Shown here: positions 1-9,427 of the stretch, piece by piece
Layout: each line of letters opens with the position of its first letter
Position numbering within the stretch: position 1 is the stretch's first letter
NCBI GenBank assembly: GCA_963704725.1
Contig: OY969934.1
Location: 980,711 to 1,044,710, forward strand
Direction of reading: 5' to 3'
Source of the DNA: an uncultured Actinomycetes bacterium
Lineage (GTDB): Bacteria; Actinomycetota; UBA4738; HRBIN12
Length of the DNA: 64,000 nucleotides
The notes under the pieces: generated by a model
The model's database searches: none
Seen by the model: the letters and a program-made list of their open reading frames with translations, nothing else
What the model was told of the DNA's origin: nothing
Program-made: the position numbers and the translations under genes

Positions 1-2
1 AC

Positions 3-320
3 TCGCGGAGCTCGGCGGGCGCCCAGGGTCCCATGCAGTTCCTCCCGTCGACGTGGGAGGCGTACGGGATGGGGGGCGACGTCCACGACGCGCACGATGC
101 GGTCCTCGGCGCCGCGAACTACCTGCACGCGAGCGGCGCGCCCGCCGACGACCACGCCGCCCTGTACGCCTACAACCCGGTGCACGCCTACGTGACCGCG
201 GTGTCCCGGTACGCCGCGGTGATGTCCCGCTCGCCCGACGCCTACTACGCGTACTACGACTGGCAGGTGTTCGTGCGGACGGTCGACGGCGACATCCGCC
301 TCTCCGGGCCCGGCCTGTAG
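3..320 (+). CDS. SLT-domain (lytic transglycosylase-like) protein, C-terminal fragment; 5' end lies outside the window
   Basis: Frame open from the window edge. The peptide ...QFLPSTWEAYG... matches the SLT-domain Q-x-MP-S/T-T-W signature. Stop at 318-320. Confidence 0.5.
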   Translation, partial: SRSSAGAQGPMQFLPSTWEAYGMGGDVHDAHDAVLGAANYLHASGAPADDHAALYAYNPVHAYVTAVSRYAAVMSRSPDAYYAYYDWQVFVRTVDGDIRLSGPGL

Positions 321-348
321 CGGACCCGAGCGGTACAGTCGCGGCACG

Positions 349-1860
349 GTGACGTCGGCCACCAGGACCCGCGCCCTCGCGCTCGGCGCGTCCATCGCCT
401 CCTTCCTGTTCGTCGCGGTGGTTGCCGCCTCGCCCGGATCCCCCTTCACGCCGGTCCTGCCGGAGGGCGGTCGCGCCGGGGGACCGTTCCGATGGCTGGC
501 CGGGGTCGTCGGGTTCGACGCCGTCCACGGCAACGCGCTCGCCGCCGTGGGCGTCCTGGCCGTCGCGCTGGCGGCGGCCTCGTTCCTCCTCGTCCTGCGG
601 GCGGCGTGGCACGGAGCGGTCTCGCCGCGAACCGTGGTGGTGCTCGCGGTCGCGTACCACGCCGCGCTGCTCCTTCTGCCCCTGCTGTTCTCGCGGGACG
701 TCTACTCGTACGCCGCGTACGGCCGGATCGCCGCACACCACTCGGCCAACCCGTACGTCGCGACGCCGGCCGACTATCCCGGCGACGCGATCGCGCGGTT
801 CGTGGGCCCGAAGTGGTTCGACACGCCGGCCGTGTACGGACCGCTGTGGACGCAGATCTCGGCGCTCGTCGTCCGCGTCGCGAGCGGCGTGGCCTCCTCC
901 GTCGTGGTCTTCCGCGCGATCGCCGTCGCGGCGAGCCTCGGGACGATCGCCGTCGTGTCCCGGCTCGTCCGGCGGGAGCGGCCCGCCCGCGAGGCGTTCG
1001 CGATCGCGATCATCGGGCTGAATCCGCTCGTGCTGTTCCAGAGCGTGGCCAGCGGCCACAACGACCTGCTGGTGGCGCTGGCGGTCGCGGCGGCCCTGGC
1101 GCTGGTCTTCGCCCGGCGTCACCTGCTGGCCACCGCGGCGCTGACGCTCGGCGCGTTGATCAAGGTCACCGCGGCCGTCCCGCTGGCGCTCCTGGTGGTG
1201 GCGGTGGTCGCCTCCCGGCCGAGGGGGACGCGTGGGCGCGAACTCGCCAAGCACGTCGGTGTCGCCGGCGGTCTCGGGCTGCTCGCCGCGGGCCCGTTCC
1301 TGAACACGCGGGATCCCTCGCTCGGCATGTTCGAGCTCGCCGGCCACGAGGGATGGCTCGCGCCGTCGCGGTTCTTCCGCCGGGCGTTCGACGCGCTCTC
1401 GGGGGGAGCGCTCGGCTTCGTCCCGCGGATCGTGCTCCCGGCCCTCCTGCTCGGCGCGCTCCTGCTCGTCGCCCGGGACCTCGTCCGGCGCGCGCCGGCC
1501 GGGCCGGCCGAGATCGGGGCCGCGTGGGGCTGGGGCCTGTCGTGCCTGATGCTGCTCGGGCCGGTGCTGCTGCCCTGGTACGTGACGTGGACGCTGCCCG
1601 TGGCCTGGCTGCTGCCGCGAACGCCGCGCGCCGTCCTGCTCGGATCCGGCCTCGCCCTCACGGTCTCCCAGTGGACGACCGAGCCGGGGGGGTTCGCGAG
1701 CGCGTACGACGCGAACCTGTTCCTCGGCCACTACGTCCTGACGCCGGTGGTGATCGCGCTGCTGGGCTGGCTACTCGTCGACCTGTGGCGACGGTCTCGC
1801 GACGGCGCGTCGCTCCAGGATGCGCCACACGAGGTAGCCGCCACCGCCGGCGAGGCCTGA
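349..1860 (+). CDS. polytopic integral membrane protein, GT-C / DUF2029-like glycosyltransferase candidate
   Basis: 503-aa ORF with about 10 hydrophobic helices separated by short Arg-rich loops (e.g. SRDVYSYAAYGRI). This is unlike the Arg/Pro low-complexity of spurious GC ORFs. Family assignment is tentative. Confidence 0.5.
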   Translation: MTSATRTRALALGASIASFLFVAVVAASPGSPFTPVLPEGGRAGGPFRWLAGVVGFDAVHGNALAAVGVLAVALAAASFLLVLRAAWHGAVSPRTVVVLAVAYHAALLLLPLLFSRDVYSYAAYGRIAAHHSANPYVATPADYPGDAIARFVGPKWFDTPAVYGPLWTQISALVVRVASGVASSVVVFRAIAVAASLGTIAVVSRLVRRERPAREAFAIAIIGLNPLVLFQSVASGHNDLLVALAVAAALALVFARRHLLATAALTLGALIKVTAAVPLALLVVAVVASRPRGTRGRELAKHVGVAGGLGLLAAGPFLNTRDPSLGMFELAGHEGWLAPSRFFRRAFDALSGGALGFVPRIVLPALLLGALLLVARDLVRRAPAGPAEIGAAWGWGLSCLMLLGPVLLPWYVTWTLPVAWLLPRTPRAVLLGSGLALTVSQWTTEPGGFASAYDANLFLGHYVLTPVVIALLGWLLVDLWRRSRDGASLQDAPHEVAATAGEA

Positions 1861-3423
1861 GACCGCCCACGCGCCGGCTCCGGAGTCGATCCGGATCCCC
1901 ACCCGGTCGAGCGCCACCGCCCCGAGCACCAAGGCGGCCGCTCCGACCGCGGGGGCGAGCGCCCCGGCGGTGAGGGAGTCGGGCGTCGCGGTCCTGGCCC
2001 AGCCGAACCCCACCGCGAACAGCCACGCCAGCGCCAGGACGCTCGACAGGGCGATGCCGGCCGGCGAGGCAGGCTCGAGGGGGTCCACGGGCCGCGACGC
2101 CGGGACGTCGGAGGCACCGATCGCGTCGGCGCCGCCGACGGCCTCGTCGACCGGATCGAACGGCGCCAGGATGAACACCTGCGCGGGGCGGCCGGAGGTG
2201 CGCTCGGCCGCCGCCACGTCCCTCGCCGTGAGCCGGCCGAGGGCGCGGCGCTCCGGCTTGGCGCCGTCGGTCGCCGGCGGGACGAGGACGATCACGTCGC
2301 GGATCCGATCGGGGGGAACGCTCGCGCGGATCACGTTGCCTGCCCGGGTGGCCAGGAACCCCAGCGGGTCGTCTCGGTCGTTGACGAGGAACGCGAGCGG
2401 CACGCCGTGGTCGAGGCGCGCCGCCGCGGCGTTCGCGACCGTCGCGGCTCGGACCTCGGCGACGGACAGGAACGGTTCCTGGCGGTTCCAGGCGATGAAG
2501 GCGCCGGCGAGCATGGCCGCCGTGACGGCGCCGACCGCGGCGACGGCCACCGCCCGCCGCGCGGACCGGCCGGCCGTCACCCGGACGAGCCCCACCCCGG
2601 CCAGGATCGGGACGACGAAGCCGAACGTCACAAACCGGTCGGCGGGGAACCACCCCGTGGCCAGGCCGACCGCCACCCCGCCCGCGGTCGCGAGCGCCCA
2701 CACGCCGAGGAAGCGACCGAGGAACCCCTCGAGGCGGCCGACCCCGAACGCGGCGAGCGGCACCGAGGCCCACTGCACATAGCGTGCCCAGCGGTGCACG
2801 AACCGGTCGGCGTACAGGGCGCGGAGGTCGCCGCCGAGACCCGCCCGGCGCAGGAACGCGTCGCGCGAGGTGTCGGCCCGGGCGGGCGGGGGCCCGGCCA
2901 GCAGCCACAGGAACCCCACGCCGGCGATCGCCGCCCCGCCGAGCACCGCGCCGCCGACCCGGACCGCCTCACGGCGATCGCGCCGCCAGGCGGTCGCGGC
3001 GGTGAGCCCAAGGACGGCAAGCCCGAGCAGGAAGAACAGGGGGTGGGCGAGCCCGCCCGCCGCCAGGCAGCCCGCGGCGATCCAGGCGCCCCGCCGCCGC
3101 CCCTCGGCCAGCGCCGCCGCGGCTGCGAGGAAGGCCGCCGCGTCGATCAGGTTGGCCACGTAGCCGGCCGCGAGGTGCACGGCGAAGGTCCCGGCGAGCC
3201 CACCGGCCAGGAGCCACTCGGCCCGGTTCCTCCGCCCCCGCACCAGCGCGGCCGAGGCGAGCCCGATCGCGACGCCGAGCGCGACCTCCAACGCCGCCAC
3301 CGCCTGGACAACGCTCCGGCCGAGCGCCCCCTGCACCACGAGCGCCAGGGCCGGCGCCCCCGCGCGGCGCCCCACCGCCGACAGGCCCTCCTCACCGGCC
3401 AGGCGCGTCCACCACAGGTACAC
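1771..3423 (-). CDS. polytopic integral membrane protein (unknown function)
   Basis: 550-aa ORF dominated by hydrophobic segments. Convergent with the previous gene and overlaps it by about 90 nt. The overlapping giant ORFs on other frames are Arg/Gly/Pro low-complexity and rejected. Confidence 0.45.
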   Translation of the reverse strand: MYLWWTRLAGEEGLSAVGRRAGAPALALVVQGALGRSVVQAVAALEVALGVAIGLASAALVRGRRNRAEWLLAGGLAGTFAVHLAAGYVANLIDAAAFLAAAAALAEGRRRGAWIAAGCLAAGGLAHPLFFLLGLAVLGLTAATAWRRDRREAVRVGGAVLGGAAIAGVGFLWLLAGPPPARADTSRDAFLRRAGLGGDLRALYADRFVHRWARYVQWASVPLAAFGVGRLEGFLGRFLGVWALATAGGVAVGLATGWFPADRFVTFGFVVPILAGVGLVRVTAGRSARRAVAVAAVGAVTAAMLAGAFIAWNRQEPFLSVAEVRAATVANAAAARLDHGVPLAFLVNDRDDPLGFLATRAGNVIRASVPPDRIRDVIVLVPPATDGAKPERRALGRLTARDVAAAERTSGRPAQVFILAPFDPVDEAVGGADAIGASDVPASRPVDPLEPASPAGIALSSVLALAWLFAVGFGWARTATPDSLTAGALAPAVGAAALVLGAVALDRVGIRIDSGAGAWAVSGLAGGGGYLVWRILERRAVARPSPQVDE

Positions 3424-3555
3424 CGGCGCGTCGGGCCCGAGCGGGAAGCGGAGCCCGTGCGCGAGGAACGGCCACAGGAACCAGGCGAGCAGGACCGCGG
3501 CGAGCGCGAGGAGGAGGGCTCCCTCGATCCGCGACCGGGGCGCGTCGATCGCCGG

Positions 3556-4137
3556 CTACCCCGCGGCCTCGAACGACACGGTGGCGGCGACGGCGACGCC
3601 CTGATCGCTCGTCAGCTCGTCGCACCGCACGGACCCGGCGAGTTCGCCCGGCCGCGCGACGTCGATCGTGACGGCGCACTCCCCGTCCATCGACAGGAAG
3701 GTCAGGATCCGGCCGCCGGCCTGCGCCGTCAGCGAGATCGTCAGCGTCGGCGACGTCGTCCGCGTGCCGGTGAAGCTCTGGCCGCCGATCCCGAGCGTGC
3801 TCGCGTCCGCGCCGCCGGCCGTCCAGACCATGGCGAGCCCGCCGGGGGGCGGCGTGTACACGGCCGTGACGAGCACCGGCAGCGTCTTGCGCGTCTGGAT
3901 CCCGCCCGAGAGCTCGAACTCGGCCAGGCCACCGGACAGGTCGCCCGTGCCCGCCCCCGGCGAGGACGTCGGGAGGGGACTCGCGGAGCCCGTCGTGCCG
4001 GTCGGCCCGGTGAGCGGCGACGTCGTTCCCGACGGGAACGCCGAGGTCGGGCCGCGCGGCGGCGCCTCGTCCGAGCTCGCACACGCGGAGAGCAGGACGA
4101 TCGCGACGAGGGAGAGCGGAAGGCGACGCGTCTTCAC
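3556..4137 (-). CDS. lipoprotein, Ser/Thr/Pro/Gly-rich, unknown function
   Basis: GTG start at 4137 is preceded by GGAGGA. N-terminus VKTRRLPLSLVAIVLLSAC has a lipobox L-S-A-C. The longer upstream extension of the ORF is low-complexity. Confidence 0.55.
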   Translation of the reverse strand: MKTRRLPLSLVAIVLLSACASSDEAPPRGPTSAFPSGTTSPLTGPTGTTGSASPLPTSSPGAGTGDLSGGLAEFELSGGIQTRKTLPVLVTAVYTPPPGGLAMVWTAGGADASTLGIGGQSFTGTRTTSPTLTISLTAQAGGRILTFLSMDGECAVTIDVARPGELAGSVRCDELTSDQGVAVAATVSFEAAG

Positions 4138-4237
4138 CAAGGGTCCTCCGGGCGCGGCGAACGTATCACGGGCTCGCGGCGTCACCGGGCACAAGGCGGA
4201 TCGGTCGCATCGGCACGCACTGCTAGCATCGGCGCGC

Positions 4238-5623
4238 ATGCTCGACCGCGATCTCGCCACGGAGGTCCTGCGCGCCGCCCGGAAGCGAGGCGGAGCGTTC
4301 GCGGAGCTGTACGTCGAGGAGCGCGTGGGCTTCTCCGTCCGGCTGGACGACGGGAAGGTCGAGGAGCTCACCAGCGGCATCGACCGGGGCGCCGGCGTCC
4401 GCGTCGGTCACGGGACGTCCTTCGGATACGCGTACTCCAACCGGCTGGACCGCGACTCGCTGCTGCAGGCGGCCGAGGCGGCCGCCGCATCGGTCATCGA
4501 GGACGGAACGGGCTCCGTCACCGATCTGCGCTCGCTCGAGCCGCCCGTCGTCCACGAGGCCGTCCGGGAGGCCGCGTCGGCCGGGCCCGGCGACAAGGTG
4601 GCGTGGGTGCGGGAGGCCGACGCCGCCGCGCGCGCCATCAGCCCCGAGGTTCGCCAGGTCACGGCCGTCTACGCGGATTCGTTGCAGCGCATGGTGGTGG
4701 CGACGTCGGACGGGCGGTGGGTGGAGGAGGTGCGCCCCAGGATCCGGCTCGTGGTGAACGTGGTCGCGGCGCGCGACGGCGCCATTCAGACGGGGTTCCA
4801 CGGACCGGCCGGTCTGGCCGGCCTCGAGTTCCTCGACGCCAACCCGCCGGCGGCCACCGCCGAGGTCGCGGCGCGGCGAGCCGTCACCATGCTCGACGCG
4901 CAGCCCGCGCCGGCCGGCCAGATGGCGGCGGTCCTCGCGCCCGGCATGGGCGGCGTGTTGTTCCACGAGGCGGTGGGTCATCCGCTCGAGGCCGACATCG
5001 TGGACAAGGAGGCCAGCGTGTACCGGGGGCGGATCGGGGAGCGGCTCGCCTCGGACATCCTGAGCGGCGTGGACGACGCGACGGTCCCCAACGCGTGGGG
5101 CTCCTTCTCCTTCGACGACGAGGGCGCGCCCGCGCAGCGGACGGTGCTGTTCGAGGACGGCGTGCTCCGAGGCTGGCTCTACGATCGCCTGCGCGCCGAG
5201 AAGGATGCCGTGGCGTCGAGCGGCAACGGCCGGCGACAGTCGTACGCGCATCCGCCGATCCCTCGGATGACCAACACGTACATCCTGAACGGCGCGTCCC
5301 GGCCCGACGAGCTGCTCTCGTCCACGGAGCGAGGCATCTACGTGACCTCCCTGGCGGGCGGCCAGACCAACCCCGCCACCGGCGACTTCGTGTTCGGGTG
5401 CTCCGAGGCCTTCCTGATCGAGGCCGGCAGGGTCACGACCCCGCTGCGGGGGGCCAACCTCATCGGGCGGGCCATCGAGGTGATGTCGAGCGTCGACGGG
5501 ATCGCCGACGACTTCGACATCTGGCCGGGCGTCTGCGGCAAGGAGGGCCAGAGCGTGCCCGTCGGGAGCGGCTCGCCCACCTTGCGGATCTCGAAGATCA
5601 CGATCGGAGGGACGAGTGCCTGA
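4238..5623 (+). CDS. tldD: metalloprotease TldD
   Basis: ATG at 4238. Translation contains HEAVGHPLEAD (HExxxH) and overall TldD/PmbA-family sense. It overlaps the downstream pmbA start. Confidence 0.85.
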   Translation: MLDRDLATEVLRAARKRGGAFAELYVEERVGFSVRLDDGKVEELTSGIDRGAGVRVGHGTSFGYAYSNRLDRDSLLQAAEAAAASVIEDGTGSVTDLRSLEPPVVHEAVREAASAGPGDKVAWVREADAAARAISPEVRQVTAVYADSLQRMVVATSDGRWVEEVRPRIRLVVNVVAARDGAIQTGFHGPAGLAGLEFLDANPPAATAEVAARRAVTMLDAQPAPAGQMAAVLAPGMGGVLFHEAVGHPLEADIVDKEASVYRGRIGERLASDILSGVDDATVPNAWGSFSFDDEGAPAQRTVLFEDGVLRGWLYDRLRAEKDAVASSGNGRRQSYAHPPIPRMTNTYILNGASRPDELLSSTERGIYVTSLAGGQTNPATGDFVFGCSEAFLIEAGRVTTPLRGANLIGRAIEVMSSVDGIADDFDIWPGVCGKEGQSVPVGSGSPTLRISKITIGGTSA

Positions 5624-6953
5624 CCTGCAGGCCCTCGTCGACGCCGCGATCGGCGCGGCGGGCGAGGGGGAGGAGGTGGAGGCCTACGCGGAGGAGTCGC
5701 GGCGCACCGAGGTCGAGGCGCGACGGGGCGAGATCGAGGGGCTCACGTCCGCCGAGAGCCGGGGGCTCGGCGTTCGGGTGATCTCCGGCGGCCGGCTCGG
5801 CTTCGCGTACGCGGCCGACCCGTCGCCCGACGAGGTCCGCCAGACCGTCCTTCGCGCCCGCGAGAACGCGGCGCTCGCCTCGGCGGACGAGCACAACGTG
5901 CTCCCCGCGGCCGAGCCCTTCGAGCCGATCGAGGGCGTGTACTTCGAGGAGCAGGCATCCATGGCGCCGGAGGCGAAGGTCGATCTGGCACTCGGCCTGG
6001 AGCGCGTGGCGACGTCCACCGATCCGCGCGTCACGAAGATCGAGGCCTGCTCCTTCGGCGACGCCGTGGGCCGCGTCTGGGTGGCCTCGACGTCCGGCGT
6101 CTCGGCCGGGTTCGAGCGGACGGGCTGCTGGTGCGTCGCCGTCACGCTCGCCGAGCAGGACGGCGACACGCAGACGGGGTTCTCGTTCCAGGTGGCGCAC
6201 CGGGTCGCCGACCTCGATCCCGACGGCGTGGCTCGCGAGGCGGCCGAGCGTGCGGCCAGGATGCTCGGCGCGACGAAACCGCCCACACAACGCGTCCCGG
6301 TCCTTCTCGACCCGTTCGCCGCCTCGTCGTTCCTCGGCGTGCTCGCCGGCGCGCTCTCGGCGGAGGCGGTCCAGAAGGGCCGGTCGTTGTTCGCGGACCT
6401 GGTGGGGGAGCGCGTCGGCGCGGAGGCGTTCACGCTCGTCGACGACGGCCGGCTCCTGCAGGGCCCGTCGGCCTCTCCCTTCGACGACGAGGGCTTCCCG
6501 ACGGGTCGGACCGAGCTGATCACCGGCGGCGTGCTGAACGGGTTCCTCCACAACACGTACACGGCCCGGCGCGGAGCCACGCGCTCGACGGGCAACGCCA
6601 GCCGCGCGGGTTACCGATCGACGCCGGGCGTGGGAACGTCGAACTTCTACGTCGAGCCGGGCGAACGCCCCGTGCCCGACCTGCTCCGTGCCGCCGAGGG
6701 CGGGATCCTGATCCAGGACGTCTCCGGCGTGCACTCGGGCGCGAACCCCATCAGCGGCGAGTTCTCCGTGGGCGCGACGGGGTTGCGGATCTCGGGCGGC
6801 GCGGTGAGCGAGCCCGTGCGCGAGATGACGGTCGCCAGCACCGTCCCCGAGATGCTCCGCGGGATCACGGCCGTGGGCGACGACCTACGCTTCTTCTCCT
6901 CCGTCGGCACCCCGAGCATCCTCATCGGCGAGATGACCGTCGCCGGCGTCTGA
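5616..6953 (+). CDS. pmbA: metalloprotease PmbA/TldE
   Basis: 445 aa, TldD/PmbA-family paralog immediately downstream of tldD with an 8-nt overlap. Classic tldD-pmbA pairing. Confidence 0.8.
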   Translation: MPDLQALVDAAIGAAGEGEEVEAYAEESRRTEVEARRGEIEGLTSAESRGLGVRVISGGRLGFAYAADPSPDEVRQTVLRARENAALASADEHNVLPAAEPFEPIEGVYFEEQASMAPEAKVDLALGLERVATSTDPRVTKIEACSFGDAVGRVWVASTSGVSAGFERTGCWCVAVTLAEQDGDTQTGFSFQVAHRVADLDPDGVAREAAERAARMLGATKPPTQRVPVLLDPFAASSFLGVLAGALSAEAVQKGRSLFADLVGERVGAEAFTLVDDGRLLQGPSASPFDDEGFPTGRTELITGGVLNGFLHNTYTARRGATRSTGNASRAGYRSTPGVGTSNFYVEPGERPVPDLLRAAEGGILIQDVSGVHSGANPISGEFSVGATGLRISGGAVSEPVREMTVASTVPEMLRGITAVGDDLRFFSSVGTPSILIGEMTVAGV

Positions 6954-7615
6954 TGCCCGGCCGAGCCGATCGGGTCGAGGTCTACCTCGAAGCCGGAACC
7001 AAGCGCACGTTCGCCGGATCGATCGATTGGCCGGGGTGGTGTCGGGGCGGCCGGGACGAGGAGGCCGCCCTCGACGCGCTGATCGGCGCCGCCAAGAGGT
7101 ACGCGCGTGCCCTCCGGGGCACGCGGCTCGGATTCGTGTCGCCGGCCGATCCGTCCCGGCTCGAGGTCGTCGAGCGGCTGACCGGCGACGCCTCGACGGA
7201 CTTCGGTGTGCCGGGCGCCGTACCGTCCGCCGACTCGCGTCCCGTGGACGAGACCGAGCTGCGCCGGCTCGGGTCCGTCCTGCGAGCATCGTGGCGAGCC
7301 CTGGACGCCGCGGCCGAGGCGGCCGTGGGAAGGACGCTCGCGACGGGACCGCGGGGGGGCGGCAGGAGCCTGCCGAGGATCCTGGAGCACGTCTCGAGCT
7401 CCGAGCCCGGCTACGTCGCGATGCTCGGCCGCAAGCTCGACGCGGGGGACGATCCCCGCCGGGCCGTGCTGGACGCGCTCGAGACGGCCGTTCGCGACGG
7501 GGTTCCGCCGGCCGGACCGCGCGGGGGAAAGCGATGGACCCCGCGCTCCTTCGTCCGCCGAGAGGCCTGGCACGTGCTCGATCACGCCTGGGAGATCGAG
7601 GACCGCTCGGCCTGA
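6953..7615 (+). CDS. hypothetical protein, possibly DinB/YfiT-like
   Basis: ATG overlaps the pmbA stop (TGATG). The C-terminal ...WHVLDHAWEIEDR resembles the DinB-superfamily His-rich motif. Weak call. Confidence 0.4.
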   Translation: MPGRADRVEVYLEAGTKRTFAGSIDWPGWCRGGRDEEAALDALIGAAKRYARALRGTRLGFVSPADPSRLEVVERLTGDASTDFGVPGAVPSADSRPVDETELRRLGSVLRASWRALDAAAEAAVGRTLATGPRGGGRSLPRILEHVSSSEPGYVAMLGRKLDAGDDPRRAVLDALETAVRDGVPPAGPRGGKRWTPRSFVRREAWHVLDHAWEIEDRSA

Positions 7616-7621
7616 TCCGGC

Positions 7622-8443
7622 TCAGATCGTGCCGGGGCGCGTCCCCGTCGCGATCACGACGAAGCACACCGCCGCGGCCGCGAGCCGATACCACAGGAAC
7701 ATCGAGAAGTCCCGGCGCCGCAGGTACGAGAGCAGGAACGCGATCACCGCGAAACCCGAGACGGCCGAGGCGACGACGCCGGCGGCGAACGCCCCGCCCA
7801 TGCCGGCGGGGATCCCGTCCCGGGCCAGGCTGATGCCCTTGTAGAGCCCGGCCCCGGCGATGATGGGCAGGGCCAGGAGGAAGGAGAAGCGGGCGGCGGC
7901 CGGCCGGTCGAACCCCATGGCGCGCGCCGCCGTGATCGTGACGCCCGAACGCGACACGCCGGGCTGGAGCGCGACCGCCTGGGCCACACCGAGCCACCAT
8001 CCGTTGCGGACCGAGAGATCCTCCAGATGCCGCCGGGTCGACGCGGCGCGGTCGACGAGGTACAGGACCACGCCGAACGCGGCGAGCATCGTCGCGATGA
8101 GCCAGGGCTGCCCCAGCTTGTCCTCGATCACGCTCTGGAAGGCCGCGCCGAGCACGACGCCCGGGACCGTGCCGAGGACGATGGCCCAGGCCAGGCGCTC
8201 GTCCACGTCGCGGACGGCCCGCGCGCGGATCGAGCGAACCCACGCCGCCAAGTATCGGGCCACGTCGCTGCGGAAGTAGACGAGCGCGCCGGCCAGCGTT
8301 CCGATGTGCAGGGCGACATCGAAGGTCTTGTTCAGGGCAGGGTCGTTCAGGATCGACCAGTGGAACAGCCACGGCACGAGGATCAGATGGCCGGAGCTCG
8401 ACACCGGGGCGAACTCGGTCACGCCCTGCGTGATGCCGAGCAC
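7622..8443 (-). CDS. uppP: undecaprenyl-diphosphate phosphatase
   Basis: 273 aa, multi-TM, with the BacA/UppP motifs (SSGHL.., GVSRSG). Confidence 0.85.
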   Translation of the reverse strand: MLGITQGVTEFAPVSSSGHLILVPWLFHWSILNDPALNKTFDVALHIGTLAGALVYFRSDVARYLAAWVRSIRARAVRDVDERLAWAIVLGTVPGVVLGAAFQSVIEDKLGQPWLIATMLAAFGVVLYLVDRAASTRRHLEDLSVRNGWWLGVAQAVALQPGVSRSGVTITAARAMGFDRPAAARFSFLLALPIIAGAGLYKGISLARDGIPAGMGGAFAAGVVASAVSGFAVIAFLLSYLRRRDFSMFLWYRLAAAAVCFVVIATGTRPGTI

Positions 8444-8532
8444 GATCGCCTGGAAGATGCTCAGGGGGAGGCTCCCTTCGGTCGGGAAACGGCGGCAATC
8501 CTAGCGGGCGTTCCTGGGAGCAGCCTGGGGAG

Positions 8533-9201
8533 TCATCCCTCCGACGAAGGGACGATGGAGACGGCGAGGTCCGCGAAGGCCGCGGCGTAGGCGAGCTCCT
8601 CCGCGATCTGCGGTCCGACGAGGAGCACGAGCGACGGCCCGGCGGCCCCCGACGCCGAGAGCGCCCCCTCCTGCGCCCGGACCACGGTCAGCACCTCGAG
8701 GTCGCTCGCGACGGTGTCCGTGTACGGGCGCGGCCCGCCGAACGTGGCCAGCACGTCGACGCGGTCCCCGGGCCTGACCGTTCCCGCGGCGGAGGCGACG
8801 CGGATGGCGAAGGCCCGAAGGCCCGCCGGGACGAGCGAGGCCACGGGTCCGCCCGAGGTCCCGACGCGCGTCCGGGTGACCGTCTCTCCCTCCGCAAGGT
8901 CGGAGACGAGGGTCCGGCCGGCGAGCGCGTGGGGCGAGGCGATCCGGCCCGGCGGGGCGAACGCGGCCGGGACGAGCCGGACGCGGAGGTCGTCCTCGGC
9001 GAGGGCGTCGCCCCGTTCCAGCGTGCGCGCCGCGACCACGACGGGAACGGGGTCGCCGGCGACCGGTCGAAGAGCGTCCAGCCGCGCCGCGTATCCGTCG
9101 ACGAGCAGGAAGGCCGCCGCGCCGCTCAGGACGGCCAGGACCGCGAACGCCTTCGACCGATGAGCCCATCTCCGGGCGAACGGACCTCGCGCGAGCAGCA
9201 C
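8533..9201 (-). CDS. cpaB: Flp pilus assembly protein CpaB/RcpC-like (SAF domain), orphan
   Basis: N-terminal TM helix followed by a SAF-like domain (PVVVAARTLERGDALAEDDLRV...). No other tad/cpa genes are nearby. Confidence 0.55.
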   Translation of the reverse strand: MLLARGPFARRWAHRSKAFAVLAVLSGAAAFLLVDGYAARLDALRPVAGDPVPVVVAARTLERGDALAEDDLRVRLVPAAFAPPGRIASPHALAGRTLVSDLAEGETVTRTRVGTSGGPVASLVPAGLRAFAIRVASAAGTVRPGDRVDVLATFGGPRPYTDTVASDLEVLTVVRAQEGALSASGAAGPSLVLLVGPQIAEELAYAAAFADLAVSIVPSSEG

Positions 9202-9427
9202 GGCCGGGACGTTACCGGCGAGCGGCTCTCCGCGCTGTGAACGGGATCACAGCGCGCGCGGCTTCTTCGGCGGGGTCAGCGGCAGCTCGCGCACGCGGAA
9301 GTCCTCGAGGTTGTCGCGCCCCACGATCATCGCCACGGACTCCCGCACCCGGTCGGCGAGCTGCCCGGTGTCGTCCTCCGCGCGGAACCGGATCTCGATC
9401 GTCACGAGGACGGGTTCGCGCGCCACG

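Noticed and set aside
2407-5781. 1124-aa ORF, and similar giant ORFs (1658-2908 -, 19065-20945 -, 30891-33203 +, 37792-39972 -, 37806-39479 +, 49734-51575 -, 50012-51670 +)
   Set aside because: They are Arg/Gly/Pro/Asp low-complexity translations lying antisense to or frame-shifted from clearly recognisable genes (tldD, rhs, flotillin, bglB, mmsA). These are expected stop-free frames in 70%+ GC DNA.
9248-9426. 59-aa ORF between mtnP and cpaB
   Set aside because: No motif or RBS support beyond good spacing. Left unannotated.
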